From the NCBI GenBank assembly GCA_964019425.1, contig OZ025780.1:1302001-1366000 (forward strand): 64,000 nucleotides of DNA. Reading direction: 5' to 3'. Positions 23,397 through 33,485 of the stretch are shown one piece after another. The notes below the pieces were generated by a model. The model was not told where the DNA came from and made no database searches. It saw only the letters and a list, made by a program, of their open reading frames with translations. Position 1 is the first letter of the stretch; the number at the start of each line of letters is the position of its first letter. Position numbers and translations under genes: made by a program. This DNA comes from Flectonema sp. DT1601 (lineage: Eukaryota).

Positions 23397-23653
23397 GATG
23401 TGTACCAACGTGAAATCTGTTAGAAGCAATTAAAAAATAACAATCACGGAATGTCAAGAGTTAAAAGACAATGTGTACCTGAAAAGGAACTGACGGCTTA
23501 AAATTTACAATTCATTAATCCATCGTACCTGTCTTAAAATGATATTTGTACACAAGATAACAGAAAATATGAGAAGTACTTTGTGTGAAACATAAATATA
23601 ATCAATACGTAGCATAGACACTACTGAAACAGAACACACTTTTTTTTATTAGG

Positions 23654-24594
23654 TTAGAGGTTTTGGCGATTCTGTTTTTTGTTTATTGTTTGACAGTGAA
23701 AAATGTTAAAACAAAAATAAATATAAATTTTCACACATACATCACTATTTATATCTTCGTCCATCCAACTTCCCGGATAGTCCTGCTGAGGTTGTTGTTG
23801 CTGAGAAGGTGCAGTATTCGTTGCTGAGGAACCGTTACCTTCAGCAGCCATACCTGCAACGGCAGTCATAGCAGACAGCGCAACTTCTGGGTTTTCCTGA
23901 GCCGTACGCATCGCGTATTGAGCAGCCTGTTTTTGCCATCCTTTCTTACAACGTGCGTAACCGTAGAAGTTCGATCCCTGGTTGTTGTTTTTGTTTTTTT
24001 TTACCTTTTAAAATCCATAACATATTGCCTTGTACATCAGCGGTGTAAATTAATGACACATACCCCAAGAACAAGACAGATAAGACACAGGGGGATGTAG
24101 GCCCAAGATGAAAATATTGAGGCTATGAGCATAATTATCCAAAATATAACATTTGCGATTAGAAGAGACCAGAAGAAAGTTGAACTCACTCCTGAGATTT
24201 GTTTTCGATCCGGAATGGATTCGAATACCCATTCACTTTCTCCGTCGTTTGTTACTTTGTTCCACCACCGAAGACCAACTAAAATTCTACCAGAGAGGTT
24301 TTTAACAATCCAGAAATCAATTGCAGCAAGTATAGACTGTTTATTATTGTTATTATTATTGTTTATAAAAAAATTTTTTTTAAAAAAAAAAAAAAGAGAA
24401 ATAGAATAATTCCAACATACTATTATCGAGTAAAGAGCTACTATTGAAAAAGAAAGCACCCCACCTAGCAAATATAACGTCCATGCTATTGCCTTGAATG
24501 CTAAGTGTGCTGCGGATGTCTTTTTGTGGTTGCCAGGGAAGAATCCCTGAGAACTACCTTCTTGGTCATCACCACCGATTATTACATCAGCCAT
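23654..24594 (-). CDS. TVP23: Golgi membrane protein TVP23/FAM18 (233 aa; exons 24594-24421, 24336-24064, 23977-23741, 23671-23654)
   Basis: Signature DFWIVKNLSGRILVGLRWWN...GESEWVFES and NFYGYARC; three phase-0 GTATGT...CAG introns keep the frame. Confidence 0.9.
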
Positions 24595-26377
24595 GTATTA
24601 TTTCAACCTTTTTTTTTTTTTTTTGGTAATTGATTGTTATGTAACAAATATCAGAAAATGAATAGTTTTTATCTACAGAGTTCCTACCACTATAATCTGT
24701 TAAACAGAGTACGTTTATGCACCTCTCTCATATTGTCTTACATCTGTTTAATACATAATTATTATGTTTTGTAACAATAGTTGTGTACAATCTGATCGTA
24801 TCGTTCTGCAGATCAACCTGGGTGAGCTGATTCTTGCGCAGAGAGGAAGGAATTTTTTTTTTTTTTTATTATTTTTTTATTGTTTTTTTTTTTTCTCACA
24901 CAAAATGAATTGACTTTCTCACGAACAACAACACAGGCACCTTAGCAAATCCGGTGCCAGCAATCATCATGTGAGAGGAATGGCAAAAGAAAAAGAAGGG
25001 AGGGTGAAACACCCAGCTATCTACAAGTACCGAGGTTGGTACGAATATGTTGTCAACAAACGCCATGAGTTAGAGTGGGAGATCAACAATACTCAACTTA
25101 ATAATATCATCTCAGAAAACTAGTAGAACAAGGCTGACTATAACTCAACACCGTAATAGGTTAGATTGTCTTTGAGATTATTAATTAGTTAGTTAGCAAA
25201 ACACAGAACTGATGCCTACGAGGGGTCTGGGTAGCCCGCGTCATCGAATATTGTAGTTTAATAGCTTCGGCAGGAAGTGATCACTCCCAGATCTCACCTT
25301 TCCCAGAGGCTAACAGGTTGAAAACAACTAAAGAAAACAAAAGGGAAATGATCTGGGAGTGGGGGGAACACTGCTTGATTTGGTTCACACGAATATAAAT
25401 CTCTGTTTTGTATCAGAATTCAATAATAAAATTAAGAAGATTCATGACACAGTGACTAAAATGTTAATACAGGCTAACACTCTGCAAATAACGTACTTGC
25501 TCTACATTATAATAAATGTTTCTAACTTATCTGCATACATGTCTCTTTTTCCGTGTTGTCATTCAGTGCAGTACGGAATCGAGTTATTCAATTACGAATT
25601 AATCGTGAGCCCTGGAAAACCAAAACCAGGGTGTAGGTTTCGCCTATAGTCTCGTCAAGAAATAAACAATCTTTATAAAAAATAAAAATGAACATTTCTT
25701 AGTAAAAAAATTATAAAAAAAAAACTACTAGCGGAGCCTTAAATAAATTAAGGTAGTAGTGTCCAAAATAAGTTGCAATAACATGAGGGGGTTACACAGT
25801 TCAACATTAAATGTTGGGGCATCAACGGGTCTAGAGTGAGAACTTTATAAAAAAGTCCAGAGTGGGGGGGAAGGTGAAAAAAAAATCTCTTTTTTATTCC
25901 ATATACAGCATCTTTCCTGAATACGACCATATGTGCCATATGATACCACGAAAGAAAATAGAAAACCCCGGAACAGTACCGAGGATCGTTCACCCCCAGT
26001 TGTCCAAAGCATTATAATTGTACTGTAGGCTTACCGAAAAGCTTTATAAAAGTACCACAAGAATTGGGCAGCATATAGCTTTATCACTCAGCAAGAAATG
26101 AAACAAAAGGATCAAGTATGACAATCAGTTTGGTCATACTTGCCTAAACGGTTAGAAATTAGGAAGAGAGAATATAAAGCAGCACCCCAACAGATCTCAT
26201 TAATTCACTTTTGAACTCAACGAACTCAATGAGCCTTTGTATATAAGTATTCAATATACAAGTTGAGAACGTAAGAAGTATAATCTGAGAAGAAGCCAAA
26301 CACCCGGGAAGCTGACATTCATTCGATGATTACAATAAGGGAAGTATAATAGTGAGGTGAGTTGGCTGGAACTTAGT

Positions 26378-27982
26378 TTATAACTTGGATCCCGAAGCAC
26401 AAGTAACAACGTGTTGTGACCAGTCAACAGATTTATTACAGCGTTTCATAAAGCTGTAAGCAGTTCCTGGGTAAAGAGAATCAATTTTTCCATCTTCATT
26501 ACGATACCATGAACTGCAACCATTCCAGACGTAGTCTTTGAGCTCAGATTGGATACCATCGTTGTATGACTTCACTGTTGGGGTATTGATTCCGATTGAA
26601 GTACCTTCCGGTGCGTCAACCAATTTAGTTAAAAGTTGCTGAATGTATTCAAGTTGAGCCTCACACATGTAAACTACACTATTGTGTCCAAGTCCTGTAT
26701 TTGGTCCCAACAATGTGAACAAGTTTGGGAAATTTGGAAAAACAGAACCCAGATACGCCTCAGCACCCTTATTAAGATATTTCTTCAAATCAGCTCCGTC
26801 CTGACCCTTGCAATCAAATGCACCTTTAAAAGTCGCACGGATATCAAACCCGGTTGCCCAGATAATCACATCGGCATCAATGTTCTCACCCTCTTTAGTG
26901 ATTAAACCAGTCGGTGTTAGTCTCTCTATTCCTTCAGTGTGAAGCTGCACGTGTTGTTTATTTAATGCAGGAAAGTATGAGTTGGACATCAACACTCTTT
27001 TACATCCCATCTTGTATGGAGGGATTAGTTTCTTGGAGTCAATGTTTGGATTGGATTTCTTAATGTATTTAACGACGTCGCCTTGGATCATTGTAGCAAA
27101 GCGACCTCCTCTCATAAGCAATTTGACAACACATTCTTGTCTCAGAAAGACTAGGAATCTAATAAGGTATTGCAATGCAGGAACCCAAGTTAATGCAAAC
27201 TTAACTGATGGGTAGTACTCAACATCGAACTTTGGAGCAATCCAATTAGGAGTTCTTTGAAAGACGTGCATTTCCTTAGCGATATCTGCGACAAAGGGAA
27301 TCAACTGAACGGCGGATGCAGCAGACCCAACGACAGCAATTTTCTTACCTTTTAAGTCAAGAGAAGTATTCCATTGAGCAGTGTGCATTGTATCTCCTTT
27401 AAATGAATCCATTCCAGGTATTTCTGGGAAGTTAGGAACATGAAGTGGACCAGTAGCAGCAAACACAACAGAGTAATCCTTGGTACTTTCTACTCCTCCT
27501 TGAGACATTGAAACAGTCCATTTCCCTAATTTGGAATTCCACTGACAAGCAGTCAGGGATGTGTTAAATGAAATGAGTTTTCTGAGATCAAAGTGAGTGA
27601 CGACTTCTTTAATGTAATCTAAAATTTGTGGTTGGTCAGAAAAGTGTTTTTTCCATCCACCTCGTGGAGCTGGGTATGACGATAACGAATAAAGATACGA
27701 CGGGATGTCACATTGACATCCTGGGTACAGATTCTCATTCCACGTTCCACCAACTTCACCAGCTTTGTCGATTATTTCAAACGGGATTCCCATCTCCTTT
27801 AATTTCAACGCCGCTGCTAATCCTGAGAAACCAGCACCAACAATTAACGCTTTTATTTGCTTGTCTTTGCACTTTGCTGCGTTTAGTTTTCTTCTTCTAT
27901 CTTTTTGAAAACTTGATAACTTCTTGAATCCGTAGAATACGCATCCCGTGGTTGTGATTAAAGCTATTAGATAGGCGTACAT
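26378..27982 (-). CDS. Baeyer-Villiger-type flavoprotein monooxygenase with an N-terminal membrane anchor
   Basis: GAGFSG, GGTWNENLYPGCQCD, BVMO fingerprint FKGDTMHTAQW (FxGxxxHxxxW), GSAASA, ATGF; intronless. Confidence 0.9.
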   Translation of the reverse strand: MYAYLIALITTTGCVFYGFKKLSSFQKDRRRKLNAAKCKDKQIKALIVGAGFSGLAAALKLKEMGIPFEIIDKAGEVGGTWNENLYPGCQCDIPSYLYSLSSYPAPRGGWKKHFSDQPQILDYIKEVVTHFDLRKLISFNTSLTACQWNSKLGKWTVSMSQGGVESTKDYSVVFAATGPLHVPNFPEIPGMDSFKGDTMHTAQWNTSLDLKGKKIAVVGSAASAVQLIPFVADIAKEMHVFQRTPNWIAPKFDVEYYPSVKFALTWVPALQYLIRFLVFLRQECVVKLLMRGGRFATMIQGDVVKYIKKSNPNIDSKKLIPPYKMGCKRVLMSNSYFPALNKQHVQLHTEGIERLTPTGLITKEGENIDADVIIWATGFDIRATFKGAFDCKGQDGADLKKYLNKGAEAYLGSVFPNFPNLFTLLGPNTGLGHNSVVYMCEAQLEYIQQLLTKLVDAPEGTSIGINTPTVKSYNDGIQSELKDYVWNGCSSWYRNEDGKIDSLYPGTAYSFMKRCNKSVDWSQHVVTCASGSKL

Positions 27983-28240
27983 TTAATTATTATTTTTTAC
28001 TTTTTTTTTTTTTTTTTTGATGTTCTGTAGACATAAAATCAATACGCGAAAGAAAGAAAAAAAAAAAACAGAAATAGGAATAGGAATAGGATAATTATGT
28101 AAAGGATAATACCTGATAAATTGAATTATGATTTTTTATTTATTTATTTTTCCCAATTACAAAAAAAAAAAAAAGATTAGCTTTCTGAGTCTCTATTTGT
28201 TAAAAAAGATTTCGTGTGAAAATCCTTTTTTTTTTTTTTT

Positions 28241-29737
28241 TCAAGAAGTTGATTCTGCACATGGACATATTCTTCGGATTTCATCACCACTAGCGTCACA
28301 TAAAGGAATCCCTCTCTCGTCTAATAACATGTTGTAGTAGCAAGTTAGCTCTCTCTTCTTCTTTGAGGGAGCGATTCCTGGGAACGAACTGCCATTTCGT
28401 TGTTTTGTGTAGATAGCTGGTTCACATGGACCACAAGGAGGTTCATCATACTTCGCAAGAACTGAAGACGTAAATTCACAGGAATTCAGAGATGTTGTTG
28501 AGAGTGACGGAGCGTGACAAACTAACTTAGTACGAGAACAGCAAGAGGTGCAAGACTCATCCTCGTTTGAAATGAGAAATGAAACTCCCGGGTATGAAAT
28601 ATTTCTCTCCGCTTTTTCAACACTCGACAACAACTGAACATATTCATTCGCAGTATTTCTAAGTAACCACACATGACGTTTTGGATTATATGTCTCACCA
28701 CCCTTTAGTACAATTTCCGATTCAGAAATTGATGTTCGGATGTGCATCTTTTCAAACTCATTCCACCATAATTGGTAAGCGTATCCAAAATCTTTGCGAG
28801 TATCTTCAGTCTTCTTTTGCATTGGTTTCCGTCTATCAAACCAAGGCTTCCACCCACCTCGGTAATGGATTCCAATTAGATCTTGAGCTTTCTTTCTGGG
28901 ATCTAAATTCCGTGAGAACTTATTAGGAATTGTTGTATAGTTTACACCAAAATAATTACGTAAAAGCATTCCATCTCGTGAGTTGTGAGAATCATAGCGA
29001 GATGGGTGAGATACGAAGTGACTCCAAATAGAAGAGCGAAGATTCTCTGATGGGTGGAACACCATCATCCCAGTTTGGAAATATGTTTTTTCTTTAGTTG
29101 GCTTTGATCCAATTGCTGCTACCCAGTCTGTTGGTACAGGAATATTAAAAATAGAAGTTGGGTCAGCAATTACTAACATATCCGCATCCCAATATGCGAC
29201 CATCTCATATTCCGTTAAATTGAACACGTGTAACTTAACAAAGGACTCTTTCCACATGGATGTTGGTACCCTCCAGGCAGGGCTATCAACTTCGATAACA
29301 CGATCCCATCCAGAATGTATTAGTCGTTGTATACTCATTTCAGATATTTTTCCTCTTGTCACCATACACACCAATTCTACTTCAGAAGTTTTATATGGAA
29401 GTAGAGAGGATCCCATTACGAGTCCACCGTCAACATAGTTCTCGTTTCCAACTACAGCCACGTGTGCCTTTTTTGTTATGGTCGATTTCTGAACTTTCTG
29501 AACTTTCTGTAATTCTTCTGTATTCGATTTCTTATGTTGTTTTAATTTCTTGTGATGGTTTGCTGGTTTTGTATCCGATTTTACGTGATTAGATTTCTGT
29601 GAGCTTGAAACAGACCTCTTGTGAATTGAACCTTTTTGGGGCTTTTGTACGTTGTTTGAGTCAAATACTACGAAAGGGATTACAGTAAGAGACAACAACA
29701 ACAGTCCCAGTATCGGAATCCACGTCCTCGTTAACAT
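28241..29737 (-). CDS. GT8 (glycogenin-like) type-II membrane glycosyltransferase with a Cys-rich C-terminal domain
   Basis: N-terminal TM; FVKLHVFNLTEYEMVAYWDADML (DxD), FQTGMMVFHPS, HYRGGWKPW; C-terminal SC..CC....VC...RRICPC. Confidence 0.85.
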   Translation of the reverse strand: MLTRTWIPILGLLLLSLTVIPFVVFDSNNVQKPQKGSIHKRSVSSSQKSNHVKSDTKPANHHKKLKQHKKSNTEELQKVQKVQKSTITKKAHVAVVGNENYVDGGLVMGSSLLPYKTSEVELVCMVTRGKISEMSIQRLIHSGWDRVIEVDSPAWRVPTSMWKESFVKLHVFNLTEYEMVAYWDADMLVIADPTSIFNIPVPTDWVAAIGSKPTKEKTYFQTGMMVFHPSENLRSSIWSHFVSHPSRYDSHNSRDGMLLRNYFGVNYTTIPNKFSRNLDPRKKAQDLIGIHYRGGWKPWFDRRKPMQKKTEDTRKDFGYAYQLWWNEFEKMHIRTSISESEIVLKGGETYNPKRHVWLLRNTANEYVQLLSSVEKAERNISYPGVSFLISNEDESCTSCCSRTKLVCHAPSLSTTSLNSCEFTSSVLAKYDEPPCGPCEPAIYTKQRNGSSFPGIAPSKKKRELTCYYNMLLDERGIPLCDASGDEIRRICPCAESTS

Positions 29738-30108
29738 ATTTAGTTAGTTAGCATACTTACCTGACGTTGTTTGTTCTTCTTGGTGATAAACCTGAATTGA
29801 ATAAAAGACATAATAATAAATAAAAATTTCCCCCAAAAAAAAAAAAAAAAAAAGAAAAAAAAACTAACGTAGTAATGTCAAACACACTAAATTCTGTTGA
29901 GGCAAAAAAACTTGCTCACAAATCAAACTTTTTATTTTTTCGTTCAGTTTTTTTTTTATTGTCTATCCACTACCGACAGTGAGATCAAACGCATTGAAGA
30001 AAAGGAGGGAAAAAAAAGAAAAGACAAATCCAAGGCGCAATCTCAACTATCTTAAAACGACAATAATATAATAAAATTAAAGAAAGTGTGGCTAGAACCA
30101 TCATCACA

Positions 30109-30482
30109 CTACTTCGTAAATTCCATTATTATGCGGTTAGGCATTGGTATTCCTGTTGTTGTTGTTATTGTTGTTGTTTTGCTTTTTTTTTTTTTTTTGT
30201 AAACTTTGGGGCATCAAGTCACATACCGGTTGGTGTTTTAGGTTCCTTCTGAACGACTGCAAATCCAAGCTTCTCTAATTCTGATAACATTTTTTCAATT
30301 TCCTCGTCACTTGATCCAACGGTGAACAATTTCGCATTTTTACCCAACACATCGATCGTTTCCTCATTCCCCTTTATAATATTCTCCGGTTGGCTCTCTG
30401 AAGCCTGAACCAAGGAGAGACCTTCAGGTAGTTTTTTTAAAACTTCTGGGTCCTTGAATTCCTTAAACACTGCAATCTTCAT
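30109..30482 (-). CDS. Small uncharacterised protein (99 aa; exons 30482-30227, 30152-30109)
   Basis: MKIAVFKEFKDPEV follows an A-rich leader. A phase-1 intron (GTATGT...AACAACAG) yields GIPMPNRIIMEFTK*. Confidence 0.6.
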
Positions 30483-31148
30483 TTTTTTTTGTTTTTTTTT
30501 CCTTTTTTCTGGAATCCTGGGTGACGCAGTTTGATATAACGGCTGGCTAAGCCCCAAAATAACAAATAAATTATACGAAAAACAAAGCACTCAGACGATC
30601 TAGGAACACTCGTCAGGCATATCAATTGCAGTACCTGTAAAAAGAAAAGTAGTGTTTTCTTTTTTTTCTTCTCATCAAGAATAAAAAAACAATACGAAAA
30701 ATCCAAATCAGTCCGCTGCAGGATTACCACAGATCGAACAAAAACAAAAAAAATAAAAGATAAAATTTAATATTGCAAACATACAAAGAAAAGGAGCAGG
30801 GGATAAGGGACTTTATATATTAGATCTTAAAAGTGATAAAACATCGTTCAGAGATACATTGTTTTTGTGTGCTCTGTTTTCTTTTTCACATTGATCAGGG
30901 GGGGGCATTTAACAAGTTCTAACAAATAAAATTAATAAATAATGCTGAAGACTGAGAGGGAAGAGATTGTACTAAACTTACGATCAACAATAATAATCAT
31001 CGTCTATGTTACTTTTGTAACCTTTTCGGTTTGCTGCCCGTGCAGCAACGAATTGATTTTCTCTGTGGCACTTTTTTTTTTTTTTTTTTTTTTTTTTTCA
31101 AAAAAAAAAATAATAACAAAACAGAAACAAGAGAGGATGACGAACCTA

Positions 31149-32831
31149 CTAGAAGTAAACCTTGTAGGCCTGAGATAGAGATGGGTGTGGTGATTGCTTT
31201 GGTTTTGGTCGTTTCGGTAAAGTCTTTGCAGGATGAGGATAATCACCAAACAGTCCATCAGTAGACATAGAACAAACAGTATAAGAAAGAGATCTTAGAC
31301 TGCCACGTGCTGGAGGAAGGGGTTCCGGTCGTGCGGCTGGTGTCTTTGGCGTTTTTGATTTCAAACGGCTACTTGGAGACTCAACAACGTCACCTCCAAG
31401 ACGTCTGAGACCAGAAATTCCACTAGCTGATGATAAAACTTTTCTCGATCTCCTTTTCAACTTTACCGGAGTCGGTGTCGGTGTTGAAGCTCTACGGGCT
31501 TCATATGGAAGAGGCTTCGTAGAGTTTGCTTCAATTCCCTTTTGAATAATCGATTTGTACAAATCCTGTCTCACAGGATCTGGAGAAGGAAACACGCGAG
31601 TAAAATTACACAAAATAGAATCTTCATCCGCAAGACAACGTTTTAATGCTTTTTTACGAGCGCCTTGAATTCCTAAGGACTGCGCCAGATCTTCAGATTT
31701 CTGGTACTCTGAAGTAGTTAGTCTACGACGGCGAATTGAAGCAATTTTCATTGTCTCGGTTAAGACATTTAGCTTTAACTTTGCATCAAAAGGAGTGTCT
31801 GTCACTAATGAAGGAGAGTGATTTACTTCACAGAGAACCGGCTTTAAGTCGTCCCTCACTAAGACATCGAAACCTAATAATTCAAAACACGTCAGACCAT
31901 CATCACCAGGAACACAACAGTTCTTATATACCTGAGCTAGTGAAGGTACTACTGCTAAGACAGTTTTTACTGCTAAGTCGTGGACTGATTCCCACCACTT
32001 GTCTGCGTCATGACCCTGAGCAGATAGCCATTCAGTAAAGAAATCGAACCCTCGCTTGCCACCAGTAGTACCGTCTCCGACAGCGAAGGTTTTGTGTTTC
32101 TTATTGACTGAATAATTTGATATGTGCATGCATCTCGTACCAACATTAGAATCATTGATTGACTTGTATTGCTCTGAGCAAAGTCTTACCATCCCATCCT
32201 TAAAAAAGAATATCCTGGGTGGGCAGACACTGACCACCAACACGTAACATCGGAGATCAAATTTTCTATTTTCTATGAGTAGAGGTCTGTCGACGTATTC
32301 TTGAACAACAGCTGCTTCGAATGCTTTAGGATCTGGGTTGCTTGTTAAATAGATTCCCTTACCCATACAACCACTGTTTGGTTTGACTATATAAAAACGC
32401 TTGCGATGATTTCTATTTTGAACTTGTTGCTGTCGGTATTTGGAAAAGTCGTGAAAATCCGTAAAAGTCCTCGGAATTATATCTTCGTATCCCTTACCTG
32501 GAATCGTCTTCGCCATCCTTCCAATATTCTCAGCAAGAGGTACCTTTCTACAAATTAAATCCATTGACGGAAAGTGATTAACTTTGCATCCGAGACCTGA
32601 TAGTCGTTTGACAGTCTCCACACTAATTGATGTGTCTGTCCAATACACTGAAGGAGTCTCCTCTTGACTTACTATTCTCCATCCTACTTGTTGAGTTGCT
32701 CTCTTCACGATATTATGACGAGAGTTACCCAAGTCGACAGTCATACGCTTTGCTCGTCTAAGTGGTGATGCCATTTCCTCATGTTCGAGGTTCTCAGTTT
32801 CTGGGGGCTGTCGATGTGCATCAGGTATCAT
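31149..32831 (-). CDS. Tubulin-tyrosine-ligase-like protein (probable polyglutamylase)
   Basis: KVNHFP, YIVKPNSGCMGKGI, VVQEYVDRPLLIENRKFDLRCY, MHISNYSVNK, CFELLGFDVL, EVNHSPSL; likely ATG at 32831. Confidence 0.9.
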   Translation of the reverse strand: MIPDAHRQPPETENLEHEEMASPLRRAKRMTVDLGNSRHNIVKRATQQVGWRIVSQEETPSVYWTDTSISVETVKRLSGLGCKVNHFPSMDLICRKVPLAENIGRMAKTIPGKGYEDIIPRTFTDFHDFSKYRQQQVQNRNHRKRFYIVKPNSGCMGKGIYLTSNPDPKAFEAAVVQEYVDRPLLIENRKFDLRCYVLVVSVCPPRIFFFKDGMVRLCSEQYKSINDSNVGTRCMHISNYSVNKKHKTFAVGDGTTGGKRGFDFFTEWLSAQGHDADKWWESVHDLAVKTVLAVVPSLAQVYKNCCVPGDDGLTCFELLGFDVLVRDDLKPVLCEVNHSPSLVTDTPFDAKLKLNVLTETMKIASIRRRRLTTSEYQKSEDLAQSLGIQGARKKALKRCLADEDSILCNFTRVFPSPDPVRQDLYKSIIQKGIEANSTKPLPYEARRASTPTPTPVKLKRRSRKVLSSASGISGLRRLGGDVVESPSSRLKSKTPKTPAARPEPLPPARGSLRSLSYTVCSMSTDGLFGDYPHPAKTLPKRPKPKQSPHPSLSQAYKVYF

Positions 32832-33485
32832 TTTTATTTTATTTTTATTTTTTGCAAATTTGCAATCGACTGGAAAATTAAAGAACACAATTAAACAGGA
32901 TTCATTATTTAGATTCACTGAGAGTACGACATCATCTATCAACTTCCTTTAGCATTTCATTTACTGATGTAGATTTTCACTTTCTGAAGTAAAAGAAGCA
33001 TTAATCGCAGTGCTGAAACGGAGACGAACTACGCGCGGCCACAAAAAGATGTGAACGACCAGTTGAAAATAAACGTTTGCCGAAGAGATCAGGAAACATG
33101 AAAAAGAAATAGGGAGGAAGACTATGTACGCTCTTAAGAAAAGCTAAGAATTATGCGTATTGGTTATTTTTAATAAAAAAGTCGCGAAAAAACGGTGCTC
33201 TCTAACAAGAGAATCGCGCACCTGTTTTTTTTTTATTTTTTTTGTTTTTTTCTTGTTTTTTTTGTTTTTTTTGTTTTTTTGAAACTAAAAGATATTAAAG
33301 CCAGATTTTTCACGAGCATGGCACAGCCGGGGCTGCTCAAGAGATATCAGGCGACGGAGTGTTGAATCATGGTTAAAATATATACCATCTAATAACCAGA
33401 TTAAAAAATAAGTTTTTCTTTTTTTGGAAAAAAAATGTAAGAATTATCAAGAATATGTACTAAATTAAGATTCGTAAAGAAGAAT

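Noticed and set aside
24979..25122. 47-aa plus-strand ORF MAKEKEGRVKHPAIYKY
   Set aside because: Short, opposite to every other gene and without a recognisable motif.
29753..29763. ATACTTACCTG on the plus strand, identical to the 5' end of U1 snRNA
   Set aside because: No U1 stem-loops or Sm site follow. It is simply the complement of CAG|GTAAGTAT on the gene strand.
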